A stretch of DNA of 59,315 nt, the filler included, from Sphacelaria rigidula (Eukaryota), in assembly GCA_964200075.2 (NCBI GenBank). It is 7 parts of 7 records of this genome, joined end to end, with 100 filler letters (N's around TTAATTAATTAA, not from the genome) between each part and the next. Parts side by side here need not be neighbours in the genome. Positions count along the whole stretch, not along the records: positions 33,956 to 42,342 come from CAXNAA020011306.1; positions 42,443 to 50,829 come from CAXNAA020011307.1; 5 more parts are not named here. One strand, 5' to 3'. Every line of letters begins with the position of its first letter. The first letter of the stretch is position 1. The notes beneath the pieces were generated by a model that was not told the origin of the DNA, did not search any database, and saw only the letters and a program-made list of their open reading frames with translations. This document shows positions 38,251 through 50,216 of this stretch, in pieces. Position numbers and translations under genes: made by a program.

Positions 38251-38346
38251 GCATGGTCGGAGGTGGACGAAAAGGGACTCCTTTCTGCGGAGGCGTTGCT
38301 GAGCATCCGACCGTTCCTACATCACATGGGCAAGGATCCTTTCGAG
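38251..38346 (+). CDS. GCN2: GCN2 internal exon (probable)
   Basis: CAG/GTATG-bounded 96-bp exon AWSEVDEKGLLSAEALLSIRPFLHHMGKDPFE. Phase 0/0. Confidence 0.62.
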
Positions 38347-41300
38347 GTATGGTATAGACGGCAGAGGGGATTGGCACATCCCCACACTTCTTCCGACGCT
38401 TGTAAGACGCAAAAAAAAAAAACATTGATGTGTATTCAAGTTTCATCCTCGCAATTGTTGTACAGGGGGCTATAACATCGGATGACACTGCCCAGGAGGT
38501 ATTTTGTTTGACGATGATTTTTTCACATCACTACCGTACAATGCTGGAGAAATCACCCCCACTCTCATTTTTTTTTCCTGTGGAGAAAAGTTGTACAATG
38601 TTACGGTGGTATTGTAGGGTACCGTACCCGAAGATGCGGTAGGTTTCCGGGGTATCGACTGGAAAATGTTCAGTATTTCAGCTTTCCTTTGATAACTTTC
38701 GGAGTGATGTTATGATAGCGAGGGATATTTGGGGCCCTTTATTCCGCGAAATCCCACCTCAAATCGTCGTTAGAAGCAACGACGTTTGTTCGAACGCGCT
38801 TGCTACCAATGAGACACACTCATTTATACCGCTCTATACCGTTTCCACCCGAACACAAACGCATCGCGAGTAATTACGTCATCTGACACACCTGTGATTC
38901 CCTGTTTTTCGTAGAATCAAACAGCCCCGCCCCTGTCGTAGGATCACTCCCAAGGTTCCCTGAAATATTGAGTATTTATTCAGTCGGTACCCCCATCCTA
39001 CGCCGACCCCTGCCCCCCTTTTCAGTCACATTTTGAACCCCTCCCCTTCCTTGGGACGAGTTTGTGGTCTCAAGGGTTCAACCCGTCTATCCCTTCCCCG
39101 GTACACGCGCCTTTACGCTCTGGATGATGACAATAGATTACATTGTAGAACAGTGTACTGCGTATGGTACTCAATTGTTGCGTCTATTGCAATAGGCAAT
39201 AGATTCCATACTGTACGCATTACCCTTTTTCGCAATATAAACTTTTGCCATATTATTCAGCATGTACACGTCTTACATTTTGGTCTCGCGGAGTGGATCA
39301 TGACCGAACACTCCCCCACTGGCGTCGACTCCGGTCATACAAACTCCGTCAGATGAACTCGTTTTGCTACTGACGTCCTCACGCTTTTAACAACAGAAAT
39401 CAAGTGCTTCGAAGAAAATAAATAACGTCTTTAATCGAAATCGGACCCGAATTCCTGCCACCATGCCAATGGCTTCAGGTTTACCGTTAGACCACCACGG
39501 CGCGGCGATACAGCAACCATACCTTTTGGAACTTTGGGGAAATATCGTCGAAAACTACCTGCTCGTACCCGGCGTGGCCTGCGGTTTGGAAAGGAACTGG
39601 TACTTGACGCGATATTACCCTAAACTTATTTTACTGCGGCCTCACTCTGTGTGAGATACAGCTGATGATACTGTACATGAAAATCACAGTGAGTCGGTAA
39701 TTTGTAGAGTGTATGAGACAACGCATATTCATTCGTCGTTTCTATAAATTTTTCGTGTGATGACTGATTGAACGATTGGCTGATCGGTTGATTGGTGGAT
39801 TGATTGTCGCACATTAACTGATTCCCCCAAAATATCCAGCCATGGTCATTATCCACAGGATAGGTGTACCCAGGGTGAACGAAACGGAAATATTTGAGCT
39901 ATGTACTCAATGTATACGAGAAACAAAGATTTGACAACGGTATAATTGTGGAGGTCGTGAGACTCTCGGTGACGGTAGAAACCGTCGAAGACGGCCGATG
40001 ATTTCCCTCGAAGTCAATGATGGACCGTAAGTCGTGGGGTTTAGGCAAGTAGATCACTCGGGAGAGCTCGACGAGCACGAGCAAGTTAGCCAGAAGAAGT
40101 GATCCCCAGGGATTGACCGAAGTTCGCTGGACAGATCCCTGTTACCTTGGGGTCCTAGATGCGGCTGTACAGGTATGGTAGTTTCGGGGCTCCCGGGAAC
40201 TACCCCTGTTACAGCCGTTCACTAGATTTCACGTCATAGCAGGAAATCTCTCCGCACATGCCAAGGTGGTGATCTCCACATAATTTGAATTCGTGAAATT
40301 GACATTTTTCTCACAAAAACTCCATTAGAGATGACGACATGGAGTATCTCATCCATTTTTTCGTCTTACCCCAAACCCCTTTCTTTCGCCATGATTAGTT
40401 TGTAGTCTTCAGGGATCAACCCATCTCCCCCCCCCCCCCCCCGGTACACATGCCCCGACACTATCGCACCCCATCGACTCTCGCTCACTGTTTTTTCGGT
40501 GAAATAGCCACACGCTCATGCTGTCAGTGACGGAAACCAGATTCTGCCCCTGAAAATATGGAACCTTTTGGGACGAGCATCGTCAACCCTCCTGCCCTGC
40601 AGTAAATGGGACAGACTGCATTTGGAGCGGGATAGATTTGCTTGGTAACCCCCAATCAGAGTATTCATTTCGCTTGGGAATCGCGAGGGGAGTAGTCTAA
40701 AACCTGGTGTTCGTGGGGTCTAACCTTGTGGCGCGTTCCAACGCAATACAGTATCATAGTACAGTACAGTACACTGCAACACAATACAGAAGTACGGTAC
40801 GGCACAGGCCCCCGACGCACAACACCAGCAGGAGTGTTATAGCAACGGACAGCGCGTTGATCGTCTTACGGAACACGAAACAGCCAACACAATCATCAAG
40901 TTTTCAACAGTGTGCGGCCAGCACGGCGTGCCGACTAACATTGTTTTCTGCGGAGATGAACATATGTAATCCAAACCGTCTTCGCAAGGTCTAAACACAC
41001 CACAACAGTACAGGCAGTGGAAGCTCCAACGCATGAGAGAAGGCTTGAGTGATTTTGCTGCGGTACAGTAGTGAAACAGGACATGTCCCATGATTATTTT
41101 TTAGTCCTCCGTCTGGTTTTGGAGAGGTGCTCAACTTTGGGCCAGTGCCGAGCTTGAACGCTCGGCCGTAGTTGCGCTTCTTTCAATTCACTTTGGGTTA
41201 CCCTTATCTGTGTGTGGGAAGTTTGGCTTGTGATGCGGGCTACTCCCGCAAATGTAAGTAAGCAGATTCTGTCCCGGTACATCTTCATTTTGCCGAAACC

Positions 41301-41371
41301 GGCTCAAGATGTACCAATTTGGCAGCGGGGCGCGGCGACAATCAGTTCATGAATATCATATATAAATGCAC

Positions 41372-41520
41372 CGCCGCGCCCCGGTGGTGTAATGATCCGA
41401 CTGTCGCCATTAGGGTGGATAGAACGGGGGTTCGATTCCCGATGCATTGGGTTTTTTCTTGGCCATGTATGATTTTCACCGTGGAAAGGGTGAGAACGTG
41501 ACACACCCTGAACAATGGAC
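41372..41520 (+). mobile_element. Second tRNA-derived SINE-like element
   Basis: GCCCCGGTGGTGTAATGA...GGGGGTTCGATTCCCC gives A/B boxes with no complete cloverleaf, followed by a non-tRNA body. Confidence 0.55.
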
Positions 41521-41529
41521 ACAATCATA

Positions 41530-42342
41530 GTTCATTGCCTCAGCAATAGACACGGGGTAAAATCTATCGATACATATTATCGAACACGATAGATGGTGAA
41601 AGACACCTATTGATATGCATTGCAAGGAACAATAGATGTTGCAATAGTCGATCGATAGCCTATGGCAATTACAATAGATGAAGATCACTCGCCATCGATG
41701 GAAATGGTGTACCGCAATAGATTCTGGGTTGTATATATCGATAGCCATTGCCGTTATCAATAGGTTTGGTGAGCCATCCATCGATAGCCATTACCGCCAT
41801 CAATAGATTTGGTGAGCCGTCTATCGGTAGCCTCTGCCGCCAAAAAATGCCAATGTATTTTTTGGTATCTACCAATATGGGCATTGCCGTCAACAATCGA
41901 TTGCTCTCGGGAGCACCTATCGACAGCCAGTGACGCCAATGATCGGTTTTGAAAAATAGACTGCTCACTGCAGTGGTCTGTCTCATGATACCAACGGGAA
42001 TACCCCTTACACATGAACACGCAACGACCTGAGGCGATCGCTGGCCATAGCCTCTGTGGAATAAGGCAGAAACATACATCGAAAAATGTGCATACATAGG
42101 ACCAGTGATCGACGTCATTCAGCTACCTTTGTGATCAGCAATAGATATTGATGGTCGCGATTCAAATTGCATTGTGACAAGCGATAGACATTGGTGGTCG
42201 CAATTCAGATTCTATTGTGACCCTAAATAGACATTAGTGGGCGCAATTCAGATTCTATTGTGACCAACAATATGTATCGGTGGCCGCGTGGTAGATCATA
42301 TTGTTATTGGCAACAAACATTGGTGGCCACAATTCAGAACCT
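41530..42342. repeat. Degenerate ~41-43-bp minisatellite arrays
   Basis: Units such as TCGATAGCCATTGCCGTTATCAATAGGTTTGGTGAGCCATCCA (41738-41840) and ATAGACATTGGTGGTCGCAATTCAGATTCTATTGTGACC (42135-42342). Confidence 0.75.
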
Positions 42343-44224
42343 NNNNNNNNNNNNNNNNNNNNNNNNNNNNNNNNNNNNNNNNNNNNTTAATTAATTAANN
42401 NNNNNNNNNNNNNNNNNNNNNNNNNNNNNNNNNNNNNNNNNNGCACAATCCTCATCGCTCCTTTGGAGCTTCCCATTCAACGCCGTGCAACCCATCGTGT
42501 TTTGCTTACCCGTACACGAGCCTTGGCATGTTCGAAACTCCTCCACTCTACGTGTGACTCCAGGGTGCCTCCTTGACGAAGCGATATCCCAGCTTCGCGG
42601 AGTACGTGGTGGAGAGCCGTGGAACCGATGAGCCTCTGCCTGTCCCGGTCGTTACTCCCCAGGGTCAGAACTATTCCCTCTCTCTTCCGCTCCTGACGAT
42701 TATAGGAGTCCAGGTTAGTTTCATTGCAAGGGCCAGAGTTGGCGCATAAGTTGTTCTGACATTAGGGCTACTGTAGAGCTGTAGGGGCGGGATGGGTATG
42801 AATATTCCGAATAGATTCCGAATAGTGGGTGGAGGTAGAGCTGAAGACAGCATGAAATACGGATTCCCCTAGCATCGGGGCGATAGTTGTGGATGAGGCG
42901 GGGACCTATGCTTCCCCAAGCGACTAGAACACCCTATACAAGCGGATAGACTAGAATACTGGCTGGTTAACTTGACAGTCTTGAGTTTTGGTTCATACCA
43001 CAATGGCTTGCCCTCGAACTGAAATATAATAGAAATAGGATCACATGTCGCCACAGTTTGCTATTCACCCCCAGTTCTTTGGGTAATCATGGCGATTCCG
43101 GTAGAGTCAGATCAAGTGAGCTGAAATATCGTGCCCTCTGTTATTCCCACGCTCTACTATTTACCCCATGTTCGAGGCAATTATGAGGATTCAGATAGTG
43201 TTGGATCTATCCAGCCTCGGGTACTGCAAATGGCAAGGTGAAATGGTCCACGCTTAGGACGACTAAACTCGCGATTCAACTCGTAGAAGCATTTCAACGA
43301 ATAAATCATACTATTCGTACTTCGTTTGTAATTCATTCAGCTTCTCAGCTCGTGTGTCGTGCCGTATAACCCACAGGTACCCGCTCCCTACCTTCCGTTG
43401 ATACCGGGGTGAATAATGGGCCCATCGTCAGCCCCTGCACTCCAAATTTGAATGTATCGATTGTATATGCCACGCACCTCTTACCATCATGAGTCGGGAA
43501 AGTCATGTAAAACTTGCTTGACAAGTCGTTCGAGGTGAGCGTCCGTATATTTTTCCCACCTTCGGGCTACTGCGGGACCAACAAGTTGTACAGGTTGAAT
43601 CTTGATCTCCGATGGGCCCTGAACCACGCGTAATTTTCTCGTAGCTGTAATGCGCGCAAGATGACTGCGCTGCGTATGTGTTATCCACCCCCGACTCAGC
43701 GGGACCAACGGTTTATACAGTATGACTGCTTTCACATCATGAGTAGTCGACTCGTATGAACTCTCGTTCGTCCTAACCGTGAAATGGTCAGGGTTATGAT
43801 GGGGGTTGTGTCAGAGTCAGCCGGCCGTGCTTCGCTGCATCTCCCGCCAAAGTGGACAAGACCGCAAGAATGGGGTTGGACAAACCTCCATCTCCATAAA
43901 TCATCGATCTGGCACATGGTTCACAGGAGGAAATTTTGCCTCGTCCGCGCGGTCGTCCTTCACGCCGCCAACCTCGTGTGCCGCCCTCTGTTTCCTTTTC
44001 AAGTATCTCATGCTGCTGTACATACCGTTGAGATGTCATATTTACCGCCGTGCTAATCGGTGAGTGCTCGATATTTCGAAAAGTAGTACATGTAGCAAGC
44101 TTACAGCACTGTTTAGCACCGCGGTACATGTATGTGTACAGGTTCTGAGAGAAAACTCCCGAGGTTCGTATCTCCTCATCGCCGCTTTCTTTCACCATCC
44201 CCCCTGCCCCCCTGTTAGCCTACG

Positions 44225-44925
44225 AAGTCAAGAAAGTATGGAAGGAGATAGGAGGAAACCGAGACGAAATATTGTCCATAAGTGAAGGCGCGTGGTACAA
44301 AGCAAACGTAAGAGATATGATAGAAACAAGGTCAAAAGAAGCGCTCAGACGCAAAGTAGACGAGGAAGAACACCTGGAGGTATACGGGGGTTTGAGAGAC
44401 GGAATATGGATGAAAACGTATCTGCATTGCCCAATGGACACGGCGAAACTTTTGAAACTGCGATTTCGGGTGGGGGACCTGGACCTGCCAGAAAAAAGAA
44501 GGAGATATACCAGTAGTCGAGAGGAGGAGGAAGTAGATGCACAAGATTGCCGCTGTGGCAAAAAAATAGAGAGCAAAACTCATATAGTTGCAGAATATGA
44601 GCTATACAAGGAGGAACGGGACGTGCCAGAGGGGAAAATGCGGGACGTGAACGAAGGTGGGATGAAATCGTTTGATTCATTAGACTGTAGGAAGAGAACG
44701 ATGGCTATACTGAGGATAGATGGTGGCCACAGGCGGCAAAAAAGGACGGGGATAAGATATGTAAAAGGTTTCTGTGTAGTGTATGGAAGAAACGTAATGA
44801 GCACCTAAATGTTGGAGGTGTCTCGATTAGGAGTAGGAACGATGCTCCGTCTCGAAAGGGATGCGTGGTCGATGGTCAAACGACTGGGGCAAGCAATAAA
44901 GGAGTATGCCCCCCCTCCCTCCCCC
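44225..44925 (+). mobile_element. LINE family 1, 5'-truncated copy
   Basis: ORF 44272-44808 (KLLKLRFRVGDLDLPEKRRRYTSSREEEEVDAQDCRCG) is homologous to the 3' part of the LINE at 25500-26250. It ends GAGTATG plus a C-tract. Confidence 0.9.
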
Positions 44926-45040
44926 TGAACCAGGGTACAGAGGTACGTACGTGAACGATGTTGATTGGGCATTCTTGGTAATAATCTTAGTATGATTTCT
45001 CACTCAATACTTCCGAACACGATTTATTCTCTCTGTGCGG

Positions 45041-45157
45041 GTTTGTCCTGGGATGGCAGAAATCAGGCACTACCAGCTTGCGGAAGCACCTCATCACCCA
45101 TCCGCTCGTATCGGGGCTCCGCGGCGAGGTGATGTTCTTCAGCGGGGGTCCCTTGCA
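45041..45157 (+). CDS. PAPS-dependent sulfotransferase, 5'-PSB exon
   Basis: FVLGWQKSGTTSLRKHLITHPLVSGLRGEVMFFSG carries the G-x-x-K-x-G-T-T-x-L...HP...E-x-x-FF motif, with a GTGAGT donor. The 5' boundary is uncertain. Confidence 0.82.
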
Positions 45158-46393
45158 GTGAGTAAACTATCCCGTAGTTTAGAAATTAACCGCCAGAGCT
45201 TGCTTCCCTGAAACGTGGTCGAAATATTTAGGAGGTTTCGCGCCAGCTGCGAGGGCTTAGAACACTTTTGGCCGAAAAAAAGGGGCGAATATGTGTGATG
45301 TATGCAACATTCAAAGAGACATCAATACGGTTTTTGCGAAGTGAGCGAGAGGTGGTGAAGTTTCACCGCGTGGATGAAATGGAATCGAACACGAATAAGG
45401 GTCACACTGTCCGCAAATCGCAGCACCGCTCCTACTTCCTCAATTCTCTTTGTCTCAAACGCGTATACTCGAACCAGTATAAACAGCCGCCGATGGCTCT
45501 TTACCAAATCACCTCAACGCACGCTCCTGAATCGCTTGAAAAATGCACCTTTTTCAATATTCGTCTCGCTGTCGTCCCATACGCTTTTTGAACAGTGCTG
45601 GATCCCATACGCAATCAATCACCAGAAAAACAAATTTATTTGTAGGCAGGGAGCAGCGCAACTATGCGTTCAGGGTACGTGACCGAGCGGCAAGTTTATA
45701 CCTCAACACACACCACAGCTCAACCGCCGGGCTGCCTCCTGTGACGGGTTTTTTAATTTTCGAGGTTGTGGACGCGCTCCGATTAGCATGTCCACTCTCG
45801 TGTGAAGCGATTCAGCGCACCTGGAACCAGTTTTTGTGTATCGCCTTAACCCTTTTGGAACCCATTGACGATTTTTGTTTTCTTGAATCGTCATCATTTT
45901 CACTCAATTTCAGGTCAAAATGATGCCGATTCAGGAAAACAAAATCGTCAGTGGTTTCCAAAAGGGTAAATGCACGCTTATCTTTGCGTGTGACTCTGGC
46001 TCAGCGGTTGTCGAATGCTTCCATTAAATTTTCAACCGTGTAAGCATTGCGAGGCGTGTAAGGGGGGAGAGGTGGGTTGTTCCCTTGAGATTATGCCCTC
46101 GTCACGAGGGCAGGGGAGGGGTTAAAAGTGTGACGGAAGATAGTGACAATGTAAAGCTTTATTCACCATCTGCCACCACCAACGATCGTCTCTGTGCTCT
46201 AACAAGCGTATTATGTGCTTCGTATTTCTCTTGAATGAGTCTGCACTTTGGAACCGTCTGTTCAAGCATACCCCCTTCCCCTCCACCCCCAATGGTCTCA
46301 TATCTATGGCATGAATGATCATGAGCACACCCTCTCCACCCCCCCCGGGGGGGGGGGTCTTCGCCCTCTTTTTCCCGTGGCGCCTTGCGTAAG

Positions 46394-46504
46394 ATATCCT
46401 GCGCTCGGAAGATGGCCAGGGGATGACGCCAATGCGGAGTTGCGCCCCGAGGATGCTGGACAGGTCCTCGAGAAGTACGCCGAGGTCTTGCTTGACTCGG
46501 TACG
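46394..46504 (+). CDS. Sulfotransferase internal exon
   Basis: AAG/GT-bounded YPALGRWPGDDANAELRPEDAGQVLEKYAEVLLDSV. Phase 2/2 links both neighbouring exons in frame. Confidence 0.65.
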
Positions 46505-47253
46505 GTATTGAAACGAGGATTTATCAACAACGCCGCAGCGATTATTATCTAGCATCTCATTCGTTAAGGTTTTGTAGGTGAATGTTCGGTTCTTATGTTC
46601 TTGCCGGTAAACTTACTCGTTAAGGTTTTGTGGGCGAATGTGCGACAATTTTGCTGTCCCAACGGTACATTACGTTTCGGAGGTCGATTTCGTTGAAACA
46701 GCTCAGACGCCGCTGCAGGATATTATGCTATTATGGAATGTGTGCGACGGTTGTTGGGCACCTTGAGCGGGTGTGGAACGAATAACTGGTCCTTCTTGGA
46801 GGCGTAAGCTTCCTTCAATGCTGCTACTCTCCGGGTTTCCAAGGGATAGATGAAAAACTCCTTGCTCATTTGATTCTGGTGAGAAGGAGAGCTCAATGTC
46901 GTGGCCCGAGTCGCACTGATTGATTGGTCGATTGGTTGATTGGTCGGTTGGTTGGTTGGTTGATCAACTGATTGTCGCGCACTTGGCTGACTCCCCAGGG
47001 GTCATGATCCAGCCGTGGTCACACGATAGACGTACCCCGAGACAAAACAAAACTGAAACACTCGCTCAAGAAAAAACAAGAAACGGAAAAGGTGGAACAG
47101 AACAAGATAGTAGACCAAGACATGAAAAAGAAAACAAATGAATCAAAGAAAAATAGCAGAATAGATAAAAAAATGGCCGGCCTCTGCCACATGGCTTCGG
47201 CGAAAAAGGTCTTGCGCAGAACCACACTCATACCCAGTCGTTGAAGACGAGAG

Positions 47254-48481
47254 ACGGATTCAGGCAGGATATCACAGCCGCTCAGCAACACAAGAAACGC
47301 ACACGGCCCACATCTCCCCAACTCAGAAGTTGGCCTGCATACGTACGACTGCTGGAGTTCTCAGGACTGCGCTAATAATGCAACGTGGCGAAGTGTCGAG
47401 TTGTAGGTCAAAGGCAGGTTTGTAGACCTGACCACACCTTGTTGTGGCTGGTTTGCTTGTTTCAATGTTATGGGTTATGACGGATGGTTTGATGCCACTC
47501 TTGTCGAGCACTATTTCTAATTTCGACACTCTTCTGTGTACGATGATATATCGCGTTAGGTGCAGGTATTCCCGAGACTCAGGTCGAGGCTGGGGGGCGA
47601 AGCAGGTAGTTCCACCTACAGGTATTGGTTTTGCGGCCAACCGCAGGCATCCTGCTGGCTGGGCCAACGAGCTGGACAATTCGGCCGAGCTACATCGCTA
47701 CCGGATCTGTGCCTGAAACTGCAAACATGGGATATTTTCACACATCGGACAGCTCATGGGCTACATACCTGAAATAACAAATCGAAGAGAACTCTCAGAT
47801 GCATTGTATAAAAGCACAAAACACATGACAGCGGTGTGCAAAAAGCCAAAGCGTTGCCTTCCCGCTACACGGCGTGCTCGGCGTCCATCGCTGCCGGGAG
47901 CTAATACGGAAATAGTGGCAAACTGACCTAGCTCATGATCCAGATCAGTACTCTAATAACAAGTAATATTCAGGTAGCGCATGAGTTGTCCGATGTGTGA
48001 AAATATCCCATGTTTGCAGTTTCAGGCACAGATCCGGTAGCGATGTAGCTCGGCCGAATTTGTCCAGCTCGTTGGCCCAGCCAGCAGGATGCCTGCGATT
48101 GGCCGCAAAACCAATACCTGTAGGTGGAACTACCTGCTTCGCCCCCCAGCCTCGACCTGAGTCTCGGGAATACCTGCACCTAACGCGATATATCATCGTA
48201 CACAGAAAAGTGTCGAAATTAAAAATAGTGCTCGACAAGAGTGGCATCAAACCATCCGTCATAACCCATAACATTGAAACAAGCAAACCAGCCACAACAA
48301 GGTGTGGTCAGGTCTACAAACCTGCCCTTGACCTCAACTCGACACTTCGCCACGTTGCATTAGCGCAGTCCTGAGAACTCCAGCAGTCGTACGTATGCAG
48401 GCCAACTTCTGAGTTGGGGAGATGTGGGCCGTGTGCGTTTCTTGTGTTGCTGAGCGGCAGTGATATCCTGCCTGAATCCGT
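47254..48481. repeat. Long inverted repeat (fold-back), ~510-bp arms, ~210-bp spacer
   Basis: 47254-47764 is the reverse complement of 47974-48481, with about 10 differences counted by eye. Confidence 0.95.
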
Positions 48482-49045
48482 TGCCCCTTCCCTATGTTTC
48501 AACAAGCAAACGATGATCATGCCCTGCTGCCACTGTGAACCGTTTGCTCATGGTTGTTACGAGGGAAATCTTGTCATCACGAGGCCCTGTTTGTCTTTAT
48601 TTTCAGCTATTCACAAGGTCCAGTTACACGCCAATGGTGAAAGCAGACAATTTCACGAAGAACATCTGCTTGTTTCGCTCAGCCACCCGTTCATATACCG
48701 CTATTCAGGCCGATCAGCTGTCGCATTTATGGACAGTCATGCTGCCACCCGAGAATTGTACCTGACATTGCTCCACAATTGTACAGCTGTGGTCGGATAT
48801 CACCATTCCCCTGAGAGAAGCCTTCGTCCTTCGCCGCCGTCTCTCTGTCGCGTCATTGAAGACAGCACTCCGTGTTTTCGACGATGCATGTCAACGGTAT
48901 CATAGCTGACGCTTTGAACACACGAGTAACCTTTCTCCCCCTGCTCTTGGCCGTCGTTTTTGTGTCCCAACTATACCGCGAATCGTCCATCGTCTGTGCC
49001 AATCGTGTAATCGAACCGCGGGAAGTATCGGCGTCGTGACGAAAG

Positions 49046-49183
49046 GTCTCAAGAACACCCTGACGAACTGCTACTCATCGACTCACGTCCTCAGTACATT
49101 GTGTTCCCGCCGACGCCATTCCGGATGCACATGGTCCTCCCGAAGGCAAAGTTTGTCGTCGTCCTTCGTGACCCCACCGACAG
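49046..49183 (+). CDS. Sulfotransferase 3'-PB exon
   Basis: LLIDSRPQYIVFPPTPFRMHMVLPKAKFVVVLRDPTDR carries the K-x-x-V-x-LRDP-x-DR 3'-phosphate-binding motif. AAG/GT boundaries. Confidence 0.88.
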
Positions 49184-50092
49184 GTGTGAAATGCTACTAG
49201 GGGGGGGGGGGGGGGGTCCAGTTGTTCCGCGGGGGTTGAGCGGTCAGGAACAGAGTACTTCGGGTAGTGTTCGCGATGTGGAAGCAGGCATTGTATACGT
49301 CATTTCCGGGGGAACCCTTTTGCGGTGGTACGAACACATGCTGGGTTACTCCCGAAGACAAAGCACACGGTGTTCCGTGGCCCGGATGGCAGGTAGCAAC
49401 GCTCTTGGGCGGCTACGCCCTTGTGCGCGTCATGAGCATGCAGCAGTGCCGAGGAATTGGTTTTCCGCAGCATCGAGTAAGTATGGACAGACTAGGTTCC
49501 GAGTACTCCTTGTGCCCTTGCGAGCCCCTGCTGAAAACTTGTCAAAGTCAGGCACGTTCATGTAGCGCACCCAATGGCGCGAATGTCCGGGTAACGTCCA
49601 CCATCATGGAATCTGTTTTATGACGGGTGGGGACACTGTTTTGGGCATAGATATCGCTGCGCGAGGAGGACCCCGGCGTTGTGTTTGCCGTGTTCCCACT
49701 GTCCACTTGATACTCGGTAGGCCAATTTTCCTCTTCTCCGGGTGGTTGGATTGCGCGGACGCAGAGGAAAACGTGAGTGGGAGGGGCAAGAGCTTGTTGA
49801 AGGATTGTTGTTTCTTCCTTGTGAGACCGGCTTGTTGTGCGAAGTGCTCCATTTTGTTTACCTCACGCAAACCTGCAGGTGGGTGTTTGTCCGGCATGCC
49901 TATGCGCTTGACAATCGACAAATATCGTAACAACATATGGTCGAGACTTTCCGTTCCTCCTCCGTGTGTCGACTCGCACATCTGTTTCGTCTAGTTGAGT
50001 GTCAGATCTGCTCAGATCTCCACGACTTCGCTCCTTGTTTTGTATCATAACTCCATCCGATCCGCACATGTCCGTCTGCCTCCTTCCGGTAG

Positions 50093-50216
50093 GTACTTCT
50101 CTCACCTGCGCATGACCATGTGCCGGGAATTACCGAGGACACGACGCTCTTCTCGGGAGAGATATATAGAGCAATTCTTCCATCCTCCGCGCTGGGCAGA
50201 GGAGTATATTGCAGAG
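50093..50216 (+). CDS. Sulfotransferase internal exon
   Basis: TAG/GTGAG-bounded (R)YFSHLRMTMC...YIAE completes the RDPxDRxxS motif. Confidence 0.75.

Noticed and set aside
41530..42342. CRISPR-like periodicity
   Set aside because: The units are degenerate tandem copies without unique spacers, there are no cas genes, and the context is eukaryotic.
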